From the IMG/VR virus record IMGVR_UViG_3300021399_000104: DNA of 52,136 nucleotides. The stretch is one strand, 5' to 3'. Positions 9,440 through 18,349 of this stretch are shown here, in pieces. Each line of letters starts with the position of its first letter. Position 1 is the stretch's first letter. The translations under genes were made by a program, and so were the position numbers. This DNA comes from an uncultured virus (IMG/VR IMGVR_UViG_3300021399_000104). Lineage: Duplodnaviria > Heunggongvirae > Uroviricota > Caudoviricetes. The notes beneath the pieces are model-generated. The model saw only the letters and a program-made list of their open reading frames with translations. It was not told the origin of the DNA and did no database searches.

Positions 9440-9838
9440 TTAGTTATAGTGTGCATTTAATAAGAGCTGGAATTGATGAACCCAGGAAACTTCAATCCAT
9501 AATGTACCTGGAAAACACATCATAAATTTACCATTGCCGCCAGTCGATGAAGCAATAGTCCATCCTCTTTCTCGACCCTCTGGAAAATAACCATACTTCC
9601 ATTCCGGCTCTTCACCAAATTCTTCAACATCTGACGAATTATCAATAAACTTTTCAAATCCTGCAGCTTCTAATACGTCAGTTGTCATAGGTAAAGGAGC
9701 TAGATCAGACAAAGATATAAGCTCTTCATGATCCTTAACTCTAACCCTATCTGCCGAACCGAGAATATCAACTACTTTTATTGGCTCCCCTTTATATGAT
9801 AACCAAAAACCAATCTGTAACTGTTTTATTTCAACCAT
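9440..9838 (-). CDS. Hypothetical phage protein
   Basis: ELQIG.W / P.P.T..VLE..GF / WVHQ.Q-like pattern common in Bacteroidetes phage hypotheticals. Confidence 0.65.
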   Translation of the reverse strand: MVEIKQLQIGFWLSYKGEPIKVVDILGSADRVRVKDHEELISLSDLAPLPMTTDVLEAAGFEKFIDNSSDVEEFGEEPEWKYGYFPEGRERGWTIASSTGGNGKFMMCFPGTLWIEVSWVHQFQLLLNAHYN

Positions 9839-10155
9839 TTCTTTAATAAATATGTGTGTTCATCTTCTTCCATAACTTCAAAGCCTAAACCCCTGTAAAA
9901 ATCTACCAACCAAGCAAACCTAATGTCCGCCCTGAGATTGATGCAGGATGCTTTCTTAGACTCAATGTATTCTATCGCCTTATCCACTAATTGCCTTCCA
10001 TAACCCTTTCTTCTTTGAAGCGGAATTACAACTAGGTCATGAATATAAGCAATGTCAGGAGATTCGTTGTAAAAGGAAATAGAAACCATACCAACCTGAT
10101 CCTTGATAATCGTCTTAGTGTTTCCCCAATAAGACTCCCGATCTAGTTCAGTCAT
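9826..10155 (-). CDS. GNAT family acetyltransferase
   Basis: IHDLVV.P.QRRKGYGRQLV (motif A, RxxGxG) and FYRGLGF. Confidence 0.85.
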   Translation of the reverse strand: MTELDRESYWGNTKTIIKDQVGMVSISFYNESPDIAYIHDLVVIPLQRRKGYGRQLVDKAIEYIESKKASCINLRADIRFAWLVDFYRGLGFEVMEEDEHTYLLKKWLK

Positions 10156-10165
10156 AAAGGATCTA

Positions 10166-10366
10166 TTATAATCTTACTATCTTCTCCGCTAGCTTCATGT
10201 ACCAAGGCGACGCATCTATGTCCTCTAATATAGCTTCACCATCCTTAACATATTCAAAGGCTAATACTAAAGGATATGTAACAATGCCAAAAATACACAA
10301 GACTAATGCAATCGGATACAATATGATCAATTTTATCAACTTCAAAACCCTAATAAAATAAATCAT
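10166..10366 (-). CDS. Small membrane protein
   Basis: Hydrophobic ORF downstream of a promoter-motif copy at about 10419-10431. Confidence 0.5.
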   Translation of the reverse strand: MIYFIRVLKLIKLIILYPIALVLCIFGIVTYPLVLAFEYVKDGEAILEDIDASPWYMKLAEKIVRL

Positions 10367-10439
10367 CTTTCTACTTGGTTAAAATGTAATGTCTTAATTT
10401 CTCGTACTATAACTTTTACACTTATAAGGAAATTATTGC

Positions 10440-11000
10440 CGGAAAAACGCAAATATGAGGCTTTTGGAAACTAGAAAAATTTGGTAGGCAACGCAAAAAA
10501 GTTTTGGTTGACGGAGTACGGTAAGATCTATCGCGCAGAGTCTCTCATACGTAGTATGAAATTATATGCGCACGTCAATAGTCGATGGCCTCGCCAAGCC
10601 CGGGCCCATTGCCTACGTTTCGCTAACGCTACACTCCAACAATGCCCAGCCATCTCCTAAAGGGGGCTCCTAGCTGCACGCGCGTCGTCGCCATCCCCTT
10701 CCCTACCCCCCTGAGTATACCCCTATGCGAAGCGCTGAAGGAGATGAAAAGTCGTAATGAAGCGTTAGCGGAATTAGACTTTGAATCGACTGAGGCTAAT
10801 AGGGAGATATAAGGGGAGGCATTTTTATGGCGTGGACATACCCTTTATTAGAGGATACTATCACTGGGCGAAAAAAAACCGGTTACTTAAGTTGGACATT
10901 CTGTCAACCAAAATCAAACTAAGGGGACATTCTGTTAACCAGAACAAATGTAGAATTAGGGAGGTATTTTTTTAATGTTTTTACTGACGAACAACAAGAT
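10440..11000. other. GC-richer non-coding region with inverted repeats (candidate origin or structured element)
   Basis: Locally high GC; CGCTAACGCT (10621) / AGCGTTAGCG (10761) inverted repeat; 13-mer shared with 51860. Confidence 0.4.
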
Positions 11001-11099
11001 TAATAGAAAAAAACCTCCCATTCAAGTTAGACTAATGAACAATAAAAAATAAGGGAGCAGAGTTTAGGATTTTATCCTTCTCTGCTTCCTTCTGAGAGT

Positions 11100-13034
11100 T
11101 TATTTTTGACTAATTATTTTAAAAAAGTTTTCTTTAGTTTTCTTTACCCATATGCTCTTTAAGACGAACCACTCTTCTAGATCAGTTGCTTTAGGTGTTT
11201 TCTTTATACCTAGTCGAATATAGATTTCTTTCAATTTTTGTTTTATCTGAGCTTTTAGAATAATGTCTCCGACTTTGAATTCTCTTAAGATTTCTATTTT
11301 CAGTTTATCTTCTTTGGCGGCATCTGAAGCCATTTTCTCTAGCTCATTAAATCTATATCTTTTAGCTTTACATTCTTTAGTGCCATAGGCGGAATAGTAC
11401 GTATTGTATCTTTGGTCTGATATCTTAGTTACTAATATGTTTTCGATTTCAGTATTTCCAGAGTGTTTATCTCTAAATTTACAATAAAGTTTCATTTTAT
11501 CAGCTAGGGTCGGTGCGGCTAAGAACTCATTAAAGAATTTTGTCACAACTTCCCCATATATGCCTTTATATTCTTCTCCTTCATCTCCTAGTGTGTCTCT
11601 GATGGCTCTTGTTACACAAACTGAGTCCTGATAATCCTTCTGTATAACATCCCATGCTCTCTCATCAGCTATTTCGATCAAGTAATTATACACTATTTTT
11701 CCAGTTTTCCCAGATATAGAGATAAAGTCCTTAGCGTATTTATTGACTTTGATATCGGATTTACATTTTTCTCGGAGAACGAGTTGTGCATCTTTTTTCA
11801 TTCCATCCCAGGTTTCAAGTAATGAGTATGTGTTGTTTCTTCTTATTTCTTGTTTTGCATCAAACTCTTCTCTAGATGTTAAATTTTCAGTTTTAGTAGT
11901 TTTATAGAAGAGTGTAATTTCGTTTTTAAACACATTCTCTTTGTTTCTTTGTCGTCCTATTATTTGTGGTAGGTCGATAGAGATGTCCATGGCGAGTGAA
12001 TCTATGTTTGGGTCTGCGAATATAAAGGTAGATGCGCAGTTAGAGTACATATCGACTCCGGCATAAACAGACCTAGTACAGAACATAAACATAGGATATT
12101 GTTCATCTTTTAGTGGAACTTTAGAGGTATCGAAACCTTTTTTCTTCAGTTTCTTTTTGTTTTCATCCGTCTCCGAGCATATAACAATAGTATTTTCGGG
12201 AGTCAGATGTTTAAGTTGTATTATTCGGAGTATGTCTTTGACTGAGTTGACATAAAATACTGCCTCTCTGGATTCATACCATTTACCGTCCCTGAATGTT
12301 TTTGGATAATCTCCTCTAAGGTACTGGTCTATAATTTTTCCAACCTCTGTACCGATAGACCGACAGAACTTTCGTTGTAATTTAATAGTTTCGATAGCTC
12401 CAGTTTCGGTCCAGTCCAGTACATAATAGGTTAGGTCTTTAAATTCGTCTAGTTTCATCATATATTTTTCTAGCATTGGTGTAGCTGAAAGATATATGAC
12501 TGATTTTACGTTTGCCAAGTTTTCCAAGAATGTTAGTTCCACCTCGGGTTTAAAGAATGCATCGAGAAAGATACACTGAAACTCATCAACGACAAATATG
12601 AAAGAGTCTAGGAAATCTTGTGGTCTTGTTTCTTCGATATGTTTAGTTAGGTGTTTCAGTGAGTCGAAAGTCACCATTACTTTTACTGGCAGGTCTAGAT
12701 TTTGGCATTTATCTATGTGTTTATCCAGTGTTTTCATCATGTCCAAGACTGATCCTCCCTCTGTTGTATTATTTTCGAGGTATAGGATATTAGGGTCTTT
12801 TATATGTTGTGCTCTTTTATTTTCAAGGAGTAGTTTACGTGGTGAGCATAGGATGATATTATCTTTACATGTCAGGCAATATTCGGTAAAGCCACATCCC
12901 GTTACCATTTTATTAATCACACAATGTAGTCCTCTTGGTAATTCATAACCTGGCCACTCTGATATAAACTGTGTGCCATAGGGAACCTTAACAATTTCTT
13001 TTCTCATAAGTCCTCCCTTGTTATTAATGTTCAA
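11100..13034 (-). CDS. SF2 (DExx-box) helicase-like protein
   Basis: Degenerate Walker A TGCGFT, VVDEFQ (motif II), LSATP (motif III), QIIGRQR (motif VI-like). Confidence 0.7.
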   Translation of the reverse strand: MNINNKGGLMRKEIVKVPYGTQFISEWPGYELPRGLHCVINKMVTGCGFTEYCLTCKDNIILCSPRKLLLENKRAQHIKDPNILYLENNTTEGGSVLDMMKTLDKHIDKCQNLDLPVKVMVTFDSLKHLTKHIEETRPQDFLDSFIFVVDEFQCIFLDAFFKPEVELTFLENLANVKSVIYLSATPMLEKYMMKLDEFKDLTYYVLDWTETGAIETIKLQRKFCRSIGTEVGKIIDQYLRGDYPKTFRDGKWYESREAVFYVNSVKDILRIIQLKHLTPENTIVICSETDENKKKLKKKGFDTSKVPLKDEQYPMFMFCTRSVYAGVDMYSNCASTFIFADPNIDSLAMDISIDLPQIIGRQRNKENVFKNEITLFYKTTKTENLTSREEFDAKQEIRRNNTYSLLETWDGMKKDAQLVLREKCKSDIKVNKYAKDFISISGKTGKIVYNYLIEIADERAWDVIQKDYQDSVCVTRAIRDTLGDEGEEYKGIYGEVVTKFFNEFLAAPTLADKMKLYCKFRDKHSGNTEIENILVTKISDQRYNTYYSAYGTKECKAKRYRFNELEKMASDAAKEDKLKIEILREFKVGDIILKAQIKQKLKEIYIRLGIKKTPKATDLEEWFVLKSIWVKKTKENFFKIISQK

Positions 13035-13347
13035 ACTCTAAATTGTTCTCGTCTGATATATAGCTAAGAAATTGTCTAGCTTCATTGTCAGAGAGAAAAT
13101 CATCTAAGTCACATTCTCCAACACCATCAGTCAGAATAATAGCGTCTTGATAGGTATAGAATCCATAAACCTTCATTTCATCAGTGTCCATAAATTCTAG
13201 TTCCTCGGGGTCTACATTTTCCCCATAACTAAAAGGTTCTTTAAGTAGGACATTAGCACCATACCTTATTCCATCTTTTATGTAATGGCATCGATGGTCA
13301 TAACGTTTAGCTAATTCTGTTTCTTTGTTTTTCAGTTCTTTATTCAT
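13024..13347 (-). CDS. Hypothetical protein
   Basis: ORF with a promoter motif upstream at about 13383. Confidence 0.6.
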   Translation of the reverse strand: MNKELKNKETELAKRYDHRCHYIKDGIRYGANVLLKEPFSYGENVDPEELEFMDTDEMKVYGFYTYQDAIILTDGVGECDLDDFLSDNEARQFLSYISDENNLEFEH

Positions 13348-13379
13348 TTTTTTTTGTTGTAATTTAATAATATTTCTTT

Positions 13380-13968
13380 CATTTCATATAAGGCATTGAA
13401 GAGAAAAAAAATAGGGAAGATTATTCATCACGAACTATCCTCCCTCTAAACAATGATTTATATAAAGTTTCTTGCAGTTAACTCATATATAAGGTATTAA
13501 GGGGGCAAAAAAAAAAAATAAAGGGACTATTCATCTCGAACCATCCCTTCCGTAAATTATAAAAATTCTTTATATAGGAATAAATACTAAATAAATAAGG
13601 GAGGACTATTCATCACGAACCATCATCTCCCTTTAAACTGGTTATAAAAGTAATTTATTGAACTCATATATAAGAAATTGAGTAGTGTTTAAGGAGAGAA
13701 AAAGACGTTTTGGAGAGGATAAAAAAATTAAAGGAGACTATCTTCACAGACGGCCTCACCTTAGAAAAAACAAAAATCCTTATCATATATAAGGCAAAGA
13801 GAAGTGTTTAAGGCGGAAGAAAAAAAATAGGGAAGATTATTCATCACGAACTATCTTTCCCCTTTACGTATGACAAGCTCGGAGGGGTTTGTTTTCCTCC
13901 ATATATAAGGCATAGAAGGGATAAAAAAGTAAGAGAAGGTTATTCATCACGAACGGCCTCCTCTTTAT
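13380..13968 (-). repeat. Tandem array of about five ORF-less promoter-motif/hairpin mini-units
   Basis: Plus-strand CATATATAAG at about 13483, 13664, 13783, 13899 (variant at about 13570) alternating with TATTCATCACGAAC-type hairpins preceded by A-runs. Confidence 0.8.
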
Positions 13969-13970
13969 CT

Positions 13971-14402
13971 TTACAATTCAATTTCGTAGGATGTAAACTC
14001 TTCCATTTTCCCAGTCTTTTTTGATTTAGCTTTAAAGGTTCGTTTATTTATTTTAACGAGTAGTGGGAAGCAAGTAGGGTCTGTTTCCTCGAGTGCTTGG
14101 ATTGATTTATTTATGCGTTTAGATGAAGAGAACATTTTATAGGTATTGCCAGTTTTGAGTTCCACTTCATCGGGGTCTTCTTCCCATTCATCGACTACAT
14201 CTTGGTCTACTTCATCTATTATCAGCAGCATTCTTTCCGCTCCGAATTTAGTTGGTATTCCTTTTATAAATCTTTTAATGATTATATATTGTCCAACCAT
14301 ATCTTCAAGTGAGACGGATTCATAGTCGAAGAATTGGTGAGTAGTTTCTTTTAGTTTCTTTTGTAGGTCTTTTCTTTGTTTGAGTGAAGTTATTTTTTCC
14401 AT
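13971..14402 (-). CDS. Hypothetical protein, last gene of the RT operon
   Basis: Coupled to 14402-14800; followed by a terminator hairpin at about 13930-13965. Confidence 0.7.
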   Translation of the reverse strand: MEKITSLKQRKDLQKKLKETTHQFFDYESVSLEDMVGQYIIIKRFIKGIPTKFGAERMLLIIDEVDQDVVDEWEEDPDEVELKTGNTYKMFSSSKRINKSIQALEETDPTCFPLLVKINKRTFKAKSKKTGKMEEFTSYEIEL

Positions 14403-14800
14403 TATTCTAGTTCTTCCTCTGGTTGTTCCGGATCTGCTTCAGTGCTTGGGTCCCATATACCTGCTTCTGTTGCCCATTGTCTAGCATCTTTAGCCATTTG
14501 TTTTGATTCATCTCTATACTCTTGCATTTCAGTAAAGGCCTGGATATAGTCAGGGTTATCTTTATCTTTGAGTATATTATTGATGATAGCTTCCATTTGG
14601 TCTTCACTATATTTGATACGTATGATTTGTGAAGTGAGGAAGCCATAGTCCATCGATCCCAGTGGTGTTACAATTTCGTCCCATTGCCAGCTTTGATCAG
14701 ATCCAGTAATATTGACATTGACCCGGTAGTATTTTCTCATTTTTTCCACTCCCCAGGTTACGAAGTCTGGTTTTGTTGTTCCAGTTTTGTGTGTTGCCAT
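14402..14800 (-). CDS. Hypothetical protein downstream of and overlapping the RT
   Basis: ORF overlaps the RT 3' end; YS.D.MEAIINN...EMQEYR pattern recalls Bacteroidetes phage tail-associated hypotheticals. Confidence 0.7.
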   Translation of the reverse strand: MATHKTGTTKPDFVTWGVEKMRKYYRVNVNITGSDQSWQWDEIVTPLGSMDYGFLTSQIIRIKYSEDQMEAIINNILKDKDNPDYIQAFTEMQEYRDESKQMAKDARQWATEAGIWDPSTEADPEQPEEELE

Positions 14801-16161
14801 AAGATATACTTCTTTAGATTATACTTATCCTTTATCAGGATTTTCTTATAGTCGTCTACCACCATACAGACGAAGTGCAGATAAGGGTATTTAGCTTTTT
14901 CAAACACTTTAGTTCTGATATTATAGGTAGCCGATTGTTTAAGTAGTCCGAGATAGGAGTTAATAGCCAGTACATATCGTCCCAAGAGTTTAAGTTCGGG
15001 TAGGATATTTCTCTGGTATCTTCTTCTTTTATTCATCTCGTTATAAATTTTCATACAGACTTGATTAGCGGCGTAGACATTATTATAAAGTCCTCCGATA
15101 GTTCGATTGCCTGTATATTGTCTTGAAGGTTTTATTACGTGTCCTAGTATTTTAATTCCTTTTCTAACTTCTTGGATATAGACTTTATCAGGGTGTAGTG
15201 TTATGCCAAGTTTTCTAGGTAACCATTCTCTAACTTCTCTGATTACTTTTTTTAGATTAGATCTTCTTGGCATAGTTATCACGAAGTCATCCATATATCG
15301 TCTATAGTATCCTCCTCCATTTCTTTTTATGAGAGTTTGTATAAAATCATCCATCACTGACAGATAGAAATTTACTAAGACAGAGTTAAGATAATCACCC
15401 ACCGACAATCCTTTTCCCGGTTCCTCTTGATTTAGGAAAGATCGACCTGGCTTTAGAACATTCCATCTAATTTTTCCCGTCCGATATATAAAATTTTCAG
15501 TCGGGTAATGATCGATGAATAGTTCGAGGAGCCAGAGTATCGTATCTTTATCATCCTTAGTGTAATAGGTTCGGATAAAGGCGATTATTAATTTTTTCAG
15601 TTTTTCTCGAGGTATAGACATGAAGCAATTAGAGATATCAAACTTACCAACCCATGCTTCTTTTGTATAATTCTCTGAGGTAACAATAATATCTGACTTT
15701 ATATCCCTTAACGCTTTGTCTGTTCCTCCTTTAGTTTTCTTCCTTTCGCAATATGATACATCTCCCTGTAATGTATATCGTTCTTCTAAGAGTGGTTTTA
15801 TTTTCTTAACTAACCAATGCTGAACTACCCTATCTCTAAACTCAGGGACAAAGACTTCTCTAGGTTTGGGCCATTCCATTATAAAAGCTTGATATTGACC
15901 CTGTGTATATGTCCTCTGGTAAACTTCATTGGCTAGTCGGAGAAGGTCAAAATCTACCATACCCCTATACATTGCACACTCCTTCTTACTCTCCTTCCTA
16001 ACACAACATAACCGATAAGCTCTAAACCATGACCTAATTTGACGTGGATCTTTAATTATATCGGAGGAGGCGGTTTTAGGATGATAAAGTGGTGGAGAAA
16101 TAGAAGGGAATGGTTTAACCGGAGGAGACACGAAAGGATTTTTATGGTAATCGTATGTCAT
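14758..16161 (-). CDS. Reverse transcriptase, DGR-type
   Basis: PREVFVPEFRDRVVQH (region 2), KFDISNCFMSI (region 3), GLSVGDYLNS..VNFYL (region 4), RYMDDF catalytic motif, LHPDK..Q...GIKILG, INSYLG; no maturase or endonuclease extension; adjacent Avd-like gene. Confidence 0.92.
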   Translation of the reverse strand: MTYDYHKNPFVSPPVKPFPSISPPLYHPKTASSDIIKDPRQIRSWFRAYRLCCVRKESKKECAMYRGMVDFDLLRLANEVYQRTYTQGQYQAFIMEWPKPREVFVPEFRDRVVQHWLVKKIKPLLEERYTLQGDVSYCERKKTKGGTDKALRDIKSDIIVTSENYTKEAWVGKFDISNCFMSIPREKLKKLIIAFIRTYYTKDDKDTILWLLELFIDHYPTENFIYRTGKIRWNVLKPGRSFLNQEEPGKGLSVGDYLNSVLVNFYLSVMDDFIQTLIKRNGGGYYRRYMDDFVITMPRRSNLKKVIREVREWLPRKLGITLHPDKVYIQEVRKGIKILGHVIKPSRQYTGNRTIGGLYNNVYAANQVCMKIYNEMNKRRRYQRNILPELKLLGRYVLAINSYLGLLKQSATYNIRTKVFEKAKYPYLHFVCMVVDDYKKILIKDKYNLKKYILWQHTKLEQQNQTS

Positions 16162-16169
16162 AATAAATC

Positions 16170-17039
16170 GAATGTGTTTGTTTTAAAAAGGGGATGAGGG
16201 AAAACATCTCAAACCAGTGTCGTTCTCACCTATTTTCACGACATTTTCCCCTTGAACGATCCCCTACCACTAATAAAATGTAGAGCGGGTTATCTTAGTG
16301 GCCAAATAACCTTCTCATAAATTTCGTCCCGCCAATATGTTAAGCCCCTAGTGAAAATCTTAACAAGGCTTGGGAAATAAGTATCATCACGACAGTTATT
16401 CCTGGGACTTAATTCGTTCTTTATGTACCAGTAAGAGTAGATAAGAATAGAAGAAGAGCATGAAAGGTCTAAATCCATTCCTACCTACTCCTACCCTGCA
16501 ATGTAATACTATCTGTTCTTTAATTAAACCCTCTCTCCGATACCAACTCTATACTTTACGATAATTACTTACCAAGACCACAAAGGGCGAAGAGTGGGAG
16601 AAGACTTAATAACAGACAAAGGAGAGATCCGATACATATAACCCCTCACAATATTACGTCTTAACTAAATACCTCATCATTGGCAACCGATAGATATCTA
16701 GTGGTACATCAATTTGTCTTAAAGATTAAAATGCATTCCTGTAACCTTAATCACATTCATAACATCGTTCATAAGTATTTTCCCTAATGAAACAATCTTT
16801 AACTTAATTCTTACTATAATCTTTAAGCTCGGTATCGCGACCAGATACCTTAATGGAGCATAAGAAAGATTAAGTTTTTGGGCATCTTTCATAAGGTGTG
16901 AGCCGAAAATTATCATGAGCTAGAGGAATAAACGCCTTGGGCCACGAAATAATGCGAATTCTGCCATTCCTAACCGTAAACATGAATCAAATCACATTCC
17001 ATAATAACTACAACACACACTATGTATTCCTGTTATTAA
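16170..17039 (-). ncRNA. Candidate structured spacer RNA between the last cassette and the RT
   Basis: No credible ORF; nested inverted repeats at 16189-16265, 16827-16859 and 16864-16890; position matches the TR-RT spacer of DGRs. Confidence 0.4.
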
Positions 17040-17826
17040 GGAACGAACCGGCCGTGCATAGTGAAGAGCATCACCAGCGTAGTAACCAGATTGCCAAATT
17101 CCAGCAGCTGAGCTAAAACGCACCACCAAGCTATATGGAGTGAGCTGTTGCGTACTAGTCCAAAAGAAAGGCAATTCACTAGGGAAGAGGGAACGAACAT
17201 ATTTCGATCGTCTACCTTCAAGACCCTGGAAGGGACCTATCTCAATCCCAACTCCCATAACATATGATTGATTATATGTCGTTGAAGAAATATGCGAGGT
17301 ATTACTCGATCCTCCACTAGGGAAGAAGTCATTTAAGGAACTGGCACTCTAATGTTAAGGAACGAATAAGCAGTCTAGTATCATAGAAAGCACCACCAGT
17401 CACACTACCAGCGACCCATAACCCACCACCCCTCGTAAAAAGGAACACCCAAACATGAGTGGAAACGGTTTGCGTAGTAGTCGAAAGGTAATCGTATCTA
17501 CTAGGGAAGATGGTGAAAGGAATTAGCACTTTGATGTTAAGGAACGAATATAACACTTGACCCAAGCTGGATTATGCATCTCTTCACCAGGATAATATAA
17601 CTCTGTAGGTGTACTAAGGCGAATAGCAACAGCCCAAGTTCCAACGCTAGTAGTACTGTATAGGTAAATATATGTACCACTAGGGAAAGCACAAACGGAA
17701 CGAATATATGCATTCTGGTGCTTGTGCCATAAGTGATACTGACCAAGATAGAGATTAGTAGACTGGTTAAGCGCAATCTGCCGTGACTCGAGCCTCGTCA
17801 CTTCCATAGAGCTACCAATTTCTCCA

Positions 17827-18279
17827 CTAGGGCTCCTCATGATATTCTTCTTTAATAACATCGGATTTAGTCTTATTAATCCATCTCTCTAGCTGTACAT
17901 CAATCTCTCCAAAGTCCTTAAGATAATCTGCATATTGAGAAGGCGTCAGAAGGTGAACTTTTTGCTTATTTGTCTTACTCCATTCAAATAAAATCCGAAT
18001 AATAGAAGAAACAAAGCATAAGTGTCCCTTTATTGATATTAGGCAGTCTAATCTTTCTTTAATGTTTTGTGTAGAATAGGCTAATTGAGAACCCACCAGA
18101 CAATCAAGTAACTCATCTGTCAATCTCGCTAGGTATTTCTCAATCATCGGTATCTTAGGAGAGTTTTCAGTCACCTTAAGAAAGAATAGAGAGATGTTTT
18201 CTAGTTTTCGTGTGATGGAAGGTGTATGTGGCTTCTGTAAGTGCCTCCCATTATTGTTTACTTTATTATTATTTTCCAT
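17827..18279 (-). CDS. avd: Avd-like accessory protein (four-helix bundle)
   Basis: 150 aa, helical; PK...LA, IIRILF...LLTPSQY...FGEIDVQLERW resembles the Avd LRL...S..QY...EIG..LGGW pattern; upstream of the RT. Confidence 0.75.
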   Translation of the reverse strand: MENNNKVNNNGRHLQKPHTPSITRKLENISLFFLKVTENSPKIPMIEKYLARLTDELLDCLVGSQLAYSTQNIKERLDCLISIKGHLCFVSSIIRILFEWSKTNKQKVHLLTPSQYADYLKDFGEIDVQLERWINKTKSDVIKEEYHEEP

Positions 18280-18303
18280 TTTGATATAAATAATTGTAAC
18301 CCT

Positions 18304-18349
18304 TTTAGTAGATAGCCAGAGAGTTTAATTTCTCCAACTATCTACTAAA
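18304..18349. promoter_or_regulatory. Inverted repeat upstream of avd
   Basis: TTTAGTAGATAG (18304-18315) / CTATCTACTAAA (18338-18349). Confidence 0.55.

Noticed and set aside
10781..10975. 64-aa plus-strand ORF
   Set aside because: TTG start, no recognisable motif, and it lies within the GC-rich non-coding island.
14758..16161. Group II intron or retron RT
   Set aside because: No QGxxxSP motif, no maturase or endonuclease domain, no retron VTG motif; DGR-like motifs and an Avd-like neighbour are present.
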